Shown here piece after piece: positions 48,301 to 63,300 of a DNA stretch of 64,000 nucleotides. Below the pieces are notes generated by a model. That model was not told the DNA's origin. It did not search any database and saw only the letters and a list, made by a program, of their open reading frames with translations. How positions within the stretch are numbered: position 1 is the stretch's first letter; each line of letters begins with the position of its first letter. Source of the DNA: Vitrella brassicaformis CCMP3155 (Eukaryota > Protista > Chromerida). The stretch covers positions 124,001-188,000 of the forward strand of contig CDMY01000007.1 in the NCBI GenBank assembly GCA_001179505.1, in the 5' to 3' direction. The position numbers and the translations under genes are program-made.

Positions 48301-51300
48301 CAGCGAGAAGAACTCCCACTTGACTTTCTTGTTGCAATCCTTGACCCTCAGCGCCACCTTTGCCTTGCTCGCGTGTAGCCTGGTCTTGCGCTCGTCCAGC
48401 TCGTCTTCGGGTGTGAGAACGACGCTGCTCCTGCCAGGTAGGTCGAAGACCCGCTCGCTGGGGGGCGGATCGGAACGGGCCGTGGAGAACGAGAGAGCGT
48501 AACTGAAGACACAATCGAGACATATGGATGTGCGTGACAGAAGCAAAGCACCAACTGCCGCACTTACTCTGTGAGGTTTCTGAGTTTGAAGGTCGGGTAG
48601 AGTGGGATAGACAGGACAACAAAGTAGCCGTTGAAGACATACGGCACCGCCGACCGATTCCCAAACTCTCCGCTGACGATGTCCACCTGTATGAGAGTCC
48701 GTTTTGTCGCATCCTCTGCTTGTGCCTCGCCCATTTGCCGACTTATCAGTGAGCCACAGTATCTTCTGAAGGTCCGGTCATCGACGATCGATGCCTCCAT
48801 ATTGAATTTGAACTGGAACGATGCGGGCACACTCGGAGGGGGCAGTGAGAAGGCCGGCGTCGCCATCTGCAGTTGCGGCGAATATAAGAAGACTTTTCCG
48901 CCACCACCAAGCTCCCCATGGAATGCCAGACTTGAGTGTGGTGCCAGATATCCTTCGGGTCCTTGCAGTCTGGCGTCTGTGGCTGACTCATGCTCCGACG
49001 TGCTCTTGACGACCACCCGAGCGTGATGTCCGCCTGCAGGCACGCTTTTTGACGCAGGTAGGCGCGGTGTCGCGCCGGCGGGGGCCGGGGATTCGGACCC
49101 TGAGGCCGAGAATATTTGCACAGGGAAGGGCAGCTTGGACTGGAAGACAAAACGGTCGATAAAGCTGACCACTTTGCTGAGGGAGAACGGGGGATCGGCG
49201 TACCGCACACATACGCCAAGCGTCACTTTGACTGAGTCAGGGACAGTCGGGATGGTGGGTGATGGCTGAGGGAGGGGGAATGGCAGAGAGAGAGGGCTGA
49301 CGCCGACGGATGGCACAGCTGAAGGGGCCATGCTCTGTTCGCGTGTCTCGCTGCCGTGATGCTCCATGAAGGTTGTCGGATAATCTCCGGTCTCCATCAG
49401 CCGATCCACAGCAGCATCAACCGCCGGCCATGACACCAAATCAAGATCGATCGCCTCTTCTGCCTTCTCAACTGTGACTGACGGTACGACGGCCACTGTT
49501 GCATCTTCCGATCCTCGCCCTTCCCGTCCCACCGGTCTGCGTGGCTGCTTCGTCCTCTTTGCTGCCACGAAAGCGGATCCAGGCCTTTTCCTCTTCGCCA
49601 ATGCCTCCCGGGGCCGGAAGCTGTAGACAGTGCCTGCGTAGCGCGCCAGCTGCTGATTGGAATGTCTGTGCGGATTGGATCTGAAGACCCTCTTGCTCAG
49701 GGCGGAAATTGGCTTGAGCGGAGCGAACGACCGTTTAGGCGGGACGGCTGTCTCGTCAGAGTCGCTCGACGACTGGGCGTCGTGAGAATGAGAAGAGGCG
49801 GACTCTGAAGAGATAAGAGAATCAAGGAATCTGGAAGCTGGTGCGGACGGCCGTGGCTTACTGTCTTGTGCGACTGTGTCCACAGTGACGTCTGCAAGTG
49901 GTTTCATGACGAGCTGAAGAGTGTCTCGCGTGAGGGTCGGATTGATGAGGTCCAAACTCCTGCTGTAGCCGCTGCCGAGCACACACGATTCGCCTTGCTC
50001 ATACTGCATCGCCCGCACACGCACCGACCTGCATCCAAACAAGCCGATTCTCAACCATCAGATTCTCTCCAGATGTCAACGCACCGCACTTCTTCTTCAG
50101 TTGTGTACAGTCGGCAGTGTGGCGGAATGACCATGCTGTTGCACGACAGCGCAACATCCGTCACGTTCTCGATGAAGAAGGGCATGTAAAGAGTTACGAC
50201 ACGACTGCAAGGCCGACAGACAGCAACACAATGCCTGTGCGCCCATTGCTGGTATCGTTGACTGTTCCTACCGTGTAGCTTCCATGGCGATCTGCATACG
50301 CTTGTAAGAGCACAGCTTCAGCTGTCGGCCGACTTTGTCCCGAGACTCGTACCTGACCAGATGACACATAATAGAGCACAGACCGCGACTCATCAGCTTC
50401 ATCATCGCTCACGCAATGAGCGGCCGATCGTGATCTCGCAGCACTCCTTCCAGTGATCCCGCCCTCTGCCTCAGCGGAAGAGTCCTCGTCAGTGTCTCAT
50501 ACTTGGGCATCACCAGATACGTCTTGGCTGACACGTACAGGTCTGTTGTCGTCTTGCGACGAGGGGGCGAAGGCACATGATCTCCTTCATCCTCTTTGCC
50601 GTCTGTCGCTTCCATCTTGGGCTGAGGGACCCCTGCATTGCCATCAAGTGGGGCGCCATGAATTGACACTTTTAGCCACGCTTGGCGGCGAGACAACGGA
50701 ATGGCCTGCGACAGCAAAACAAGCACAGTCAGACAGAATACGACAGCGAGTGTTGCTTACCCATATCTGGTCCGGTCCCAGCTTCTTGACGATCTTTCTC
50801 TCCCCGATCAGTGAGATGGCGTCTCTCAAATGCGTCGGTGCCTTGGAGACGTCGGGCCCCTTCATCCTGTTGCTGCGCCGAATGAGAAACGAGGGCATTG
50901 GCGCATTGCTGGTCTTTGCCGTCGGAGACATGGAGTGGGGAGAGGTGATATGCAGTGAATGCCGTCCAGCCCGTGGCTTCTCTGTCACGGCTTTCTCGGG
51001 CTGCTCCTCCGTCCCCGCCACGGATTCTTCTTCGTTGACGCGTGGAAGGGCAGTGGTGGATGCGAGCTGGCCTCGGCTGGAATCCTTGACAGGCGCCAAC
51101 TGATCAAGGAACAATTGAAATAAGAGAAAGATGAAAACAAATGCATTTTGTGTACCTCCAGCGTGATTGGAAAGGGAAGAGCATTCTTGACGGCAATGAA
51201 AGGTTCGATGCGGATGACATACTTGTGCGCTATCTGAAAGACCCAAGACAACTCAGTCCAACATGCTGTATGAAGGCTCAGAAGGCTCGCTCACCCTGTT

Positions 51301-54300
51301 CCTTTCGTTGGACGGAATCTCAGTAACATCGACCATACCTGCAAGGAACAATGCCCCACATACACAGTAGACAAGTTGTGCCCGACATATTGCTTACCGT
51401 AGAATGAGAGATTGCAAGTGTATTTCAAGACGAAATCGGCGACGCTCACCCGCTGATATGCAAGATGTGGACCTGAACGAACAAGCAGAGTTTCTTGCGT
51501 GTTTTGCTCCGTGTGCCCTTGTCCCCGACTTGTGATTTTGTTGATAAGCTTGGCCAGCGCAGCGAACGGCAGTGGGACAATAGCCTTTGCCTTCGTCAGC
51601 CACTTCCCAAAGCCGCCCTCCATTTTCGTCCGGACTCCGGTAACGCTTGCCCGAGTGCTCCATGTTCCCGCAGATAGGTCCCACGCGCCCGTCGGCCCGA
51701 CCAGGTGGGGCGCGATCAGCGGAGCGACCTCGAGGAAAAACCAATGGAGAGGAATCGACTTCCGGCTGTACGGCTGGACCTCGATGGATGCGCATGTCTT
51801 GAGAATAGGAAAACCTGTCAGACACAGTTACCGGAGGGATATGCGTGCTTTCGAGACAGCTGCATATTCCTACCGCCATCTGCGGCTTTTGTCCTCCCCT
51901 CGCTAAAGAATCGACCAAGCTGCCTGACGAATCGAAGCAGCAGGATTCTAACAAGCACGCTAATGTAGCTGCCGATCGATACCTCATGCCCATTTCACCG
52001 AGGGCGATCGGATTGATTGGGAGCCCCAGTAATCGCGTTCTTCCCTGTGGACTTGGCAGGTGGATAGTAAAGGGGAGGGACGTCGAGTTTTGAATCTGGA
52101 TGCACGTCCCGACAGACAGATTGCAGATGCCCTCGTCCCAATTGATTTGCGGCTCAACAAGAAGTTTGGAGCCGATCTTCGCAAGGGTACCCAAAGCAAG
52201 ACACGCAAATACTCATGTAGTGCATAAGAGCAAAAATTCTTGCGGACCTTGTCAACCTTGTAGGCTTTTGCCCGTGTGTGGTCATACTGAAGCCGTCCCA
52301 CTTGCTTCCAGTTCCTAGCCGTCAACAGATCCCCGTGCAAAGTGTGCGATCGCGACCCGAGCGCCCGTCTCTCCAGAGCACTGTCGACCGTCACGTCAAG
52401 CTCGCTGTCAGCAACGCTTTCCCTCATTCCAGCGTTTGCCCGCCCTTCTTCCATTCGCAAGATCTCGAGGAAGTTCTGTGCTCCTCTTGACGTGCCGAAT
52501 AGAAGCAGGTCGTCTTCCTCGATGCGAAAACCATCCAGTCCCTCCATCCCACGGCAGAAGTCTGCGACTTGTCGACCAGATTTTTGTCCCCTCACTTTGT
52601 GTTGCAGGGCGCTTCTTGTCGTAGCTTGAGGTGCGCTTCCTTGTGATAACTTCGTGGGGTATATGTCTTGTATCACTTGCTTGAAGCCCGCCCAAGTCGC
52701 ATTGACAGTTGCGCTAACCCCTTCTTGGATGAAACCCCGAGCCTGGGAGCTGTGCGGGGACTGGTCGGGCAATCGGTCGGTGGCTGGCTTGGGTGCGTCG
52801 TGGTATGTGTACGTAGTGTGGTCGTCCAAAGGGATGTTGCACGCCAGGTCGACAAGTTGGGCATTAGAGACACGACATGCCTCAAGCTCACGCAGCTTCC
52901 CAATCCACCTGAGCGACTTTGATGGACTTGGATGATCCTCCCCCAATTCGTGACGGATCCTTCCGCTGACCGCTGATCGGCAGTACAGGAGAAGCTCAGC
53001 CGCCGTGTCATTGTGGATGCGAAACGTGGTGATGGTCAGCGGCCGCTCGACAGCCCTGTCGCTCTTCTTAATCTCACTGTGAAGCCGTGCCACCACTTGA
53101 ACGAAGGACGACGTGATGTCCAGATTCAGGCGATCGACGAAAACCGTCACAGTGTACGGAGACGCCTGCTCGCGTCGTATGCGAGAGCTCCTGCGCTGCC
53201 GGGGGAGCAGAGAAGGCTCTCCGGCCTGGAGCTTCTCTGTCGAAGCTGGTACAGCAGCTGGTCTCGGCACTTCTGTCGTTGCAATGGGTTTACCACCTTC
53301 ACTCGCCTCGTCAAGGGAGGGGTGACGTTGGCGAGAGAAGTTGAGGGTAACTTTAAACTCCTGAAGGATGCGCTGCTGCGTGTTGGCCAGCGAGTTGTGG
53401 CAGGTGCAGTCGATCTTGAATGTGCTCATGAATCCACCTCTAGCGGGCGAAACCGGATACGACCCTTCCAATTTGAAGTTTTTCACCGCGAAGGACACAA
53501 GCTGCAGCTGCATGTCGAGGACCTTGAATGATACTTCGCAGATGTCGACTCGCAGGGTGAGGCGACGCTTGTGGGGCTTTCGTGAGACAGGCGAAGTACC
53601 TGGCACGGCTGTCTCGACCAGTCGCTGATGTCCGACAGCGGCGAGAGAAACGCTCTCTGTGACATTCGGCCCATCATCATGATATTCAGAAGCAGCTGAA
53701 GAGGGGGGGGCTCCCTGGCCAGAGATCTCCTCATCAGGCGCCGTCGCATCGAAGAGCGGCGTGAACAGCCACTCGAGCGGGTCGACCGTTTCTCCAGCTG
53801 TCGAAATACTCCCTGTCTCAGCCTCTTCAGCGGCCTCGCGCTGCGGAGTCGGCTGATGCCGCCTCCTGAATCCCACAGGAACTCGTCGCCTGCCGGCTTC
53901 CCTGAAAGCGTGGCGCCTCATTTGGTGCCGCTTCATCAGTGCTGGAGACATGTCCTCTCCTGCATCGTCTGCTTCGTCCTCAGAAGACGTGTTGGCCGGC
54001 AAAGGGGCCGATGCCCGACGGCGACGAGAGCTGGGTTGACTGACTCCTGTCTTCTCCTGCAAGGAATCTCTTAGACTGAATTTTGTCCTTCTTCTTTTTG
54101 GGTCATTTCTGGCACCGAAAAGCCGTCTCAACATTGTCAATCGCCCTGGAGCTTCGCTGGCGACAGTCACGATTTCTGAGGGTTCCTCTGCAATCCTGCT
54201 GACCTCGCCGGGTAAATCCAGCGAGCCACTGTGACTTGCCCTTCGCAATGCCGATTCAGCTTCCCTCTCCCTTTCTTGCCCAGTCTTGAGGGTTGATGCC

Positions 54301-57300
54301 TTCCATGGCATTGTCAACACATGAGGGAGCGATACCTTGCGCTGTGATGATGCAGATAGTCTCCTCTTTTCGTCTTCTTCATCCTCGTCTTGGCGCTCAT
54401 CTGACATTCTTCGCTTTTTTTGCAGCTCGTCAGTGCTGATCAGTCCCAAGTGGTCTTGTGTCACGCCGCGCTCAAACTCAGGCGAGAATGTCGCTACATA
54501 GTGCAGCTCTTGGCCCTCCTCTCGATCGCTCTGGACAATTGTCTTCCAGCTGGCACGCAGCTCATTGATAGTGTGGTTGAGCTGTCTCGACAGAGTACGG
54601 AAGCGGCGAGAATTCTCAAATGACATCCGCACTCGGATCTCGTGGACATGGTTGGAAGGACGACCAATGCGCTCGACGGTCACCTCTCGCAGACCCGGAC
54701 TGCCCTTAACATTCGCGTACACTTGGTTCATCTCAAAGAAGCAGTCATCTCTGTTGGATGCCCTTTCAACCAGCATCGACCCTGTTGGCCCAGTGAGGAT
54801 TGGTGGGGATGGAGGGCGAGAGGCGGAGGGGGCACGTTCACTGTCAGGGCGCGGCGAGCGGGCGCCGGAAGGGGATGGGCTAGCAGAGCTTGTGGATGAT
54901 GACGATGACGGTATAGGCGAACCTACCGCGCCTTGGCTGTTGTCTTCTCCTGTCTCGCGCGCCTCTGTGTTCTTGATCTCGGGCCATCCGTACAGCATCA
55001 AGAGCTCCTCTAGGTGGCACGAGACGTTCGACAAGTGTGGCTGCTTCTTTGCCGTCAACTCGAATCCAAGCAGGATGCCGACGGTCAGATCCGAGCCCTT
55101 TCTGACATCTGTGCGGTTGCTTGGAGGTAGCGATGCAGGATTGGACAAGGAAGGGATTGTTACAGCCGATGGCACGCTATCGTCACCGATCTCAGGGGTG
55201 CCACGCTCAAACGCCTGGAAGGCGTCGATCTCATTGCTCGTGTGCAACACTTGCAGAGATGGCGTGAAGTGGACGTCGTCGACAACAGAAGGCACGTACT
55301 GGCCATGTCGCACAGCTGACGGCGTCTCCCAACCCATTACAGCCACAGTCGACCGCCGGGTCTTAGCGTCAGGCTTCTCGTTTGCAAGCTTCGGCTCCGC
55401 TTGAATCCCACGTGGCCTTTCTGCCGTCTGACTTGGTTGCTTCTTGATGCCTAGAAGTTCCTCATCGCTGGGCAGCGGAGGCAGCCAGATCTCGAGAGAT
55501 GAGACGTGAATGGTGACCAACTGTGTTGCGATCGGCCTGGTAGGCGGAACGGTTGGCATAGAAGGCTCTTCGTATCGTTTGCACGCATCCCCTTGCTTAG
55601 CACCATCGTCATGCCTGACAATTCGCATGAACACCACCTGACCCATGAGAGTCGCAACTTTCTTTCTGGCAGCTCACCTTTGTACGAGCGCCTTAGTCAT
55701 TCTCATCACTCCATGCAAGGTCCTACCCACTGTACCAAACATAGTCGACGGGCGAGACATGATCCCAGACGCGCTGCGAGGACAGAGGAGACGAGTTAAG
55801 CCGCGGCTTCGTTCGGGAATTGTGTTATCCCACCTGGTCTTGTCTTCAGACCTCACGTCATCCGCAGGGGGTGCATCTTCCTCTTCCGTCCTCCTGCCTC
55901 CGAAACCTTGGGGCGGCTTCAGGTTTCGCGAAAGAGAGCGAATGAATGGATTTGACGATAGCCTTCTTTCGCCTGCCGTGATGGCGGCCTGCGATATTTG
56001 GTCATCGGCAGATACGAAAGAAGGTTGGCGTGCGATCGGGCCCAATGTGCGAGCGGCCGCCGACGATGCTAGGCTCTTTGGGCCTGGCATCTGATCCATC
56101 GAAGGAGGAGACGGGCGACGAAGCAAAGAGATCGATCGCAAAGGATCCGTCCTTATTGACGCTGGCCTTGACACCGCAGAAGAGTCCTCATCGGGCATTG
56201 GAGTCGGACGGAAATGCTCGGTTGCCACAAGGATATGCTGGTCTAAAGGCAAGTTGTAGACACGGAGCACACTCTTTGTTGACCTGCCTTCATTTTAATG
56301 TGCCATCTCACCTGGTTTCTGAGGCGTCAGGGTTATTGTCTTGCGCAGTGTCCTAACAGCCCCGCTCATCATTCTAATAGGCTGCCACACCCGTGAGGTT
56401 CGCTCCTTCTCCTCATGCCCTGTGCCGCAACCTCCCATGTCTCGCATGTCTGCGCTGTACTCGAGGTCGGAAAGAAAGTGAGAGGGCTCTGATTCCTCGC
56501 GCAGTTGGACCGTCAGCCCAGGAGCGCTCGACCGCACCTGCCGAGAGTGGCCGGTGCTGGCGAGATGAGCCACGACGACGATCTCTGGAAGCAATAGCAG
56601 TAAAGCCCTGGTGTCTGTGCCGACACGATGCTTGGAAGGGGGACGCGGGACTGCTTCAGACGACAGGTCAGAAGAGATCCTGAAAGTGGAGGTGCGTGCA
56701 GTCGTGAAGTGCATTGAGGTAGGCTGGATTGAGTGGCTTGGCGAAGGAGCTGTGATATCGTTGTTGAATCGCAGGACCCCACCAAGAAAGCGGAACAGCG
56801 GAACAATGAGATGCAGACGCAGCTCGATCCGCAGGTTCTGGAGATTTGTAAAGGACTGCTGCAAGTACTTGCTCTTGTGAATGCTCCAGGTGAGCTGCTC
56901 GCGCGAGGGCTTCTTGTTAGTGCGCGCTGAAGGGGTATGGCTCGGAAGCGGATGGCTGGCCTTGAGTGCGATGGTGTTCGTGATCAGAGACTGCTGGGCC
57001 CGGTCCAGCATTGTCACGTTCCGAACAGAAATGTCAGCGCTGCGAGGAGGTCACAAGAAGAAACAAAAGCTATGTGCAGTGTATCCTGATGATGAGATCC
57101 TACCTGAGTTGGCCTGGCACTGACGCCAAATGCGCTTGGACCTGCTTGAGCTCAAAAGTCACGATATACTCGTGTGCCTCGCGCCCTTGCCTCTCTTCTT
57201 CCGCGCTCAATTCCTGCTTCAGGCCAAGCCTCACATGGTCCAGCTTGAAAACAAACTCCCTCTGACGCGCCTTGCCTGCTGTCCCATTCCCCGTGGACAC

Positions 57301-60300
57301 TTGAGAACGCAAAGATGGATGTGTCGACGCTGAACACGGCGAGAGAGCCACAGCTTCTTGCTCGGACGCGACGCCTTTCAAGTTGATGTCAATTCGTGGA
57401 GCGGGGACGGTCGATGTGCATGCGACGAGGTATTGTACATTGGACATGCCGCAAGGTTGGCTCGGCGTGGCGGACACCTTGAGTGCGACGTTAAGGTCAT
57501 TCAATGTGGGAAGCAGCAGCTGATGACCACAGAAGCAGGTGGAAGTGACAGAGTTGTTCATATGTGCTCACACCTGTATCCCTCCCAACTCAAGAGTCGT
57601 CGTCATGTTCTGTGGCACGCGATCCCAGATACCAGTCGGCGTCTCCTTCTCGTGTCTGTCTTCTTCTTGTCGCTCTTGAGCCTCTGGAAGTGAGGCAAGG
57701 GCAGGTGGGGGAGAGACGTCCTCCAAAGAAGAGCAAGACGACGATGAAAGGTTGAGAATGGAATCCTGCCATGGCCTGGAATGCGCAGCGACCGAGCGTG
57801 ATGCACCTAGACTGAAGAAAAGTCAAAGACGATGAAGAATCAATGAGACACGAGACCCGTGTGATGGCTCACTGCTCGGAGAGATTCTCCTGCCACTGCT
57901 GCGTATGCTTGATGAAATCTTGGACCATGCGGATCTGCACAAAAGGACAAAGAATGTACAAATGGATGGCAGCACTCGAAATTGCCACTCCGTGCTCACC
58001 GTGTGTGGGTGGCATCTCAGCCGGGTGGTGGCAATCTTGGTCACAAACCTCTTCTGTTTTCCATCGGATGTCGTCAGCTCCATCTCGATATGCCTCTCCA
58101 TCCCCATCTCGTCTCCTTGGTTCACTTGGAACATGACTGGAAAGACGACAGGCGGTGTGTGATCGGCCACGATGGCCGCAAATGGAGGCAGCCACGGCAA
58201 ACATTCCTCGAAGTCAGGATGATACCACAGCTCCTTGTGGAGCCGCTCCTCAAGCGTCAAGCCTCCTGTTCCGTCAATTGTCGCATCGCCCTGCATCTCT
58301 CCGGCTTCGTTCCACAAGGATGGAAACACATCGCGGTGAAGCGATGACAAAAGGGACGCACGCGAGAAGCCTGCGTGAGCCCGATGGCCGGACAGTGTAC
58401 TCCCTGGCCGCCCCGAGCTGACAGTCGATCGTCGCGCTGACTGGCTTGTTGGTGAAGTTTTGGCACCTTCGTCAGCGGCCTTGTCGTCCATCAGTGTGGT
58501 TGCGCGCCGCAGAGACGCCGACTGATGCAGATGCTTGATAAGCGACGAGGGTGAACCTGTCAGCGAAGGCGACGCTTCCGCCTGACCAATGCTGGCTGTG
58601 CTTGTGTGACTGCGGCGCAGCGATTGAGAGATGGAAGAAGAGGGGCGCGGGCTGACAGAAGAAGGCCCTCGATTATCGTCATTGTCGATGTGCCACAGAT
58701 AGATGCGGTCGACGTGAAAGAAGAACTGCAAGGTCTCCTGCTGTGGCACAAATCGATCGCCGTCCCTTCTGGCGGATGATGCAAGCGAAAAAGGCAGCTT
58801 CTCAGCCCAATTGGCACGGAAGGAGACGTTGTGGACGACGAAAGCAGTGAGTAGCCATGTGGCATTTCGCATGATGCCGATTTCAATGCGATCGACTCTC
58901 AACTTGATGACATGGACCGGTCGGGTAGCCTGGGGGGCCAAGGAAACTCGCGTTTGTATGCCGGGGTCAGAGTCAAATTCGCCCTTGAAGTACACTCGGA
59001 AACCTGGGCGAATTCGACTCATCAAGACTATTCAGATTCCCATGCTGTCTCACCATAATTGTTGACATCGACGACGGCCGTTCTCCCCTCAACACGCTCC
59101 CAGTGGCTTCCTCGTTCTCCTTCTCGATTCGCAGGGCCCCTCAGCCAGTCATCGACAGTCAAAATGACCGACACCGCACTTTCTGGCGCCAAACTGGTAG
59201 GAGACTGCCCGTCAGCAGAACGCAGCTCGCTTCGTAACACATCTTCTTCACAAGGCGCGTCGCTGGCGGCTCCTCCATCGGCGTTGACCATGTGGATTCC
59301 GACGTTGTGGACGAATGTGACAACTTTGGCAGCGGTGGATGCGATGCGAGAAAGGGGAGATGGAGCGGCTGACGAAAGATTGGCGCCCACTGCGAGGCTG
59401 TGGGGTGATACCGCAAGAGTAGAGATGGGACTGGAAACGGTAGCAGAAGGCTCCGACTCGCCAGCAAAGAATTCCTGAGGCGCAGCCAAAAACCTGAGAC
59501 ACAAAGTCTTGCTTCTTTGAGTGAGCTGACTTCCTCTTACACGTGCGAACTTGACGAAACCAAGGGTAGCAGCAAGAAAGGATGCCGTGGGAAAGAGATG
59601 AATCGACACGAGATGCATTGACACATAGAGTTCTTTATCATCAACGGCTTTGGCTGAGTTTTTCTCCTCGCGACGCCCATAGCGCACCACTATCGACACC
59701 TGGAGAAGATCGGCAGAAATTGTTTGCCTTCATTGGATGCCACTCGTACCTGTCCCTTGTTTCTGCCGGCGACAGTCGACGTCCCAGACATGACCGTCCA
59801 CTCTGACGCCGTAGGCGACGTTCGCTCCTTCATTTTGTTAGTAAGTGCTGCCACGTGGGCAATGTGCTTGGAGAAAACCACAGACGGTCTGTGTCAAAAT
59901 GAATTTGGACCAGCGCGGACAAGCAAGAAGGGGGCACGATCCGCATACCTGTACGATTTTGATGACAACACTTCGATGTACTCGACAAATATTTCATCCA
60001 AATGCAGACTCAGTGAGAATCCCGCATCCCCACAGGGATCTGAGTGACGACATGCAAGAGACACAAGGGTGGCAACAAGACTCATTCATGCTCACCATAA
60101 ACAAAAAGAAGCCCTTCAAGCCTCGACATGAGCCACAGGTTGCGCTTGCGATACACATATAAAGCAATCTGCAATGAAAGCCATCACGAGATACCCGTCT
60201 GCAGTGGCAGCTTCATGCTTGACCTCTGGCTTCTCTTGCCTGGTTCGCCCTTATGTCGAAGCATTGGTTTGGCGTCTCTTGTTCCGCAATCCGTGTCTCC

Positions 60301-63300
60301 TCTGCCAAACTCTGCCTCCTCTGCCATCGAGGAAGGAATCCTTTGAAGTTCTTGACAACAATGAACAGCGCAGTGCTGACGGAGACCTCCATTTCGGCGA
60401 CGCGTAATTCGAGTTTTCTTGGCGAGTACACGACAGACAGATTGGGCACCATTGCCAGCTCTGCTGTTGGACCCCTTCCATCAAACTCGTCACCGTCGTA
60501 GCTGGAGCCTTCGGCAAACGCTTGGGATGAAGCGGCGTGGACAGCGACTGTCTGAGAGTCGGGGTGATACTCTAAGTCGAGAGCAGTTGCTTGGACGAGC
60601 GTATGCGGGATGTCTGTTGCGTCAGAGGGACTGGCGGGAGCTTCGGGGCGAAAGCGGACAGCAGCCTCCGCCGCCTCGACACGCAGCCGCTGAAACCGCG
60701 CACTGTCTGACTGCCCTGCCGCGACGGCCGCAACAACCTGCAGACACGAATAGACGCGAAGCGATCTGTTGGCTGAAAGTGATAAGTGTTAATAGGCGGA
60801 ATGTTACCTCTGCAGCACTTTCATGGTGAGTTCGCGCAAGCCATTGGGCATTCACCTCTGATGAAGGAAGGATGTCTTGCACAAGGGATAAAAGGAGCCG
60901 CGCATCGCCCCGGACGTGAGAGAAATCGATCGAGTAAAAGCGTTCACGGTCCTGGAAAAGCGAGCAATTAGAAAAGGACGTTGTGTTCTTTATTTGTGTA
61001 CGTACTCGTGAATCTGTGTATGTGAGAGAGTCTGAGGGGCCATCACAAGCACACCGCTGCCCCATCTGCGTTTCGCTTTCGCACCGGATGGCCGAGCCAG
61101 CTTCTTCGTCACCATTTCCATTCTTCACGCGATCTGTCTTCCTCCTGACTGCCCGCTTTCCCATCTCGTCCACCGATTCGGAAATGTCTTGACTGGCGCG
61201 TCTCTTGTGGACTCGTGTGGGGCGAGCCGGCACATCTGTTAAACAGGAAATGGCAGCCATGCCGACTTGCGTTGTACACGGCGAGACTTACCTGTCTCCT
61301 GCACTGACGGCGATGGAAGCGGTCCGGCGTGCAGTAGCACTGATGAAGGCTGCGATGCCGATACTTGCAGCGCATAATCCATTTCGCTCGTTGCAAGCCA
61401 TTCGCTTATAATCTCCTGAGTGCCGCTGGTGACCTCTTCGAAGGCGATGTGCGTTGTCTTCCTCTCTCCCGCCTCAGACGTCATCTCAAAGCCTTGAACA
61501 CTTGCCCACTTGGACGTACTTGCATGAATGGGTGGGACGGGGGCAGCTGTGTCGCTTGGGGGGGACAAAACTGAGGACTCAAGCCGTGAGTGGGCTGGGA
61601 GGAGCGACGGATCAGGCAGTGGGAAGATGCGAAGCAAAACGCGAGGAATAGACACCTGCCGAAACACGGAAAACATTGAAGGCTTTGTGACGAAGAATCG
61701 TGGCATCTTTCACACCTTTATCGTTTGATCTAGTCCGAACCAGTGCAGCGCTCTTGTTTCAGGCTGCGCTTCGCCCTCTCCATGTCTGCCCTCATCGGAC
61801 GGGTCGCTCGACGTCTCGTCAAGTCGCTCATCGATGCTGGCCTTGTTGAGGTCGCTTGAGGGATGAAGGGAGGCTGATGAAAACAGACAAATATACAAGA
61901 CTAATGCAACAGTCTTCAGCCCTGCTACGGACCTCGGGCGTGATGCTGCCCTGCTTGACAACAGACCGATCCCCAGATAGAAGGTCGGATCTAACGCAAG
62001 CAAAGAAACTCGATCGGATAAGAAAAGGCGGTATTTGATGTTGTCTCACATTCTCTTCCATTTCCCGTTGCAATTTCCGATGCGCCTCCTTTTGCAGGTG
62101 AATAAGGCTTGTACCTGCAAAGTGGCGCTCCATCTCTTGGAGCTCTTGTCTGGCGGCAGAGACGAACGGAGCAGTGGCGGCTGCAACGACAGCGCCCTGC
62201 AATTCGATAAATCTCATCAAGGACAGACGGAACACTTCTTTTCTTGGCAACTCACATGTGTGTGTCTCCTTCCAGCAGCCTCTATCCACAGGTCTACGTA
62301 GCGTGCCGCTTCCTGTCAACAACGAAAGCACAAGAGCAATCGTGATCGATGGCTGTGGACAGCACGCACCACTCGTGTCATTCATGTTGGAGAAGATACA
62401 ACACACCTGTGTCCGGGGATCTATGCCAGTCGGTAGCCTTAAACCCTTGGCGAAAGTCCACCAAAGGTCCAGGAACCTGATCCAGTAGCACACCCTCTCA
62501 ACAGCGCGTGTTGGTGGCCAGGTTAGATGCTCACTGGTAGATGGTCCACAGGGCGTTGAGAATGTGGTCCGGAAGCGCCAAAATAAGAAGAGGCTTCTCC
62601 GACTGCTCCTGTTGTGTGACAGATGGGAATGCAGTCACGGTGATTGCGAGCAGGAAGAGAGGGAGGTCGCTGAGATTGAAACTGAGGGGGGCCGACAAAT
62701 GCCATCGGCGAACCTCGATAAGCACTGAACAAAGGAGGAACACTCCCGCTGTTGCCCGGTCGCACACATATGCGTTACTTACAGTTGCTGTCCTCCAAGA
62801 ATTGCTGCCTTGGCCCTCTGAGCAGCGACTCTGTCTCGTCTTCTGCGCCCACTTTTGCCTGCCCGATCTCCCCTTCTGCCGTACTCTCCTCTCGTCCTGT
62901 TGCATCCCTCTCGTCCTGCGGCGGTGGGATGTATGCAAAGCTTGCCCGCTCAAAGCGGACAACTTTGCCGTCGAAAAGAAGCCGTTTCAGCCCCTGTTGC
63001 TCCCTTTCGTCCATTTCAATCTCGTCCTCATCGCCACTTGGAGGCCCGACGTGGAGCACCGAACAATTGACGCGGATGCCGAACGAGTGGGGAGGCAGGC
63101 AATCAGCAATAAGGTCAAAGCAGAACTCCTCGGCTCGAACCTTCATGACGCCAATCGCTTTGCGCTGAATTCGCTCGCTGAAGCTGAATGCTTCGCCGCC
63201 TCCAAGGCGAACCGCCCCTCCCCTGTCGGGTCCTCGCCATGAACGAAGGAAGTTGTACCAGGCTGTCAAAAGCCGTGTCTTGGAATTCTCGTGCTTCTCC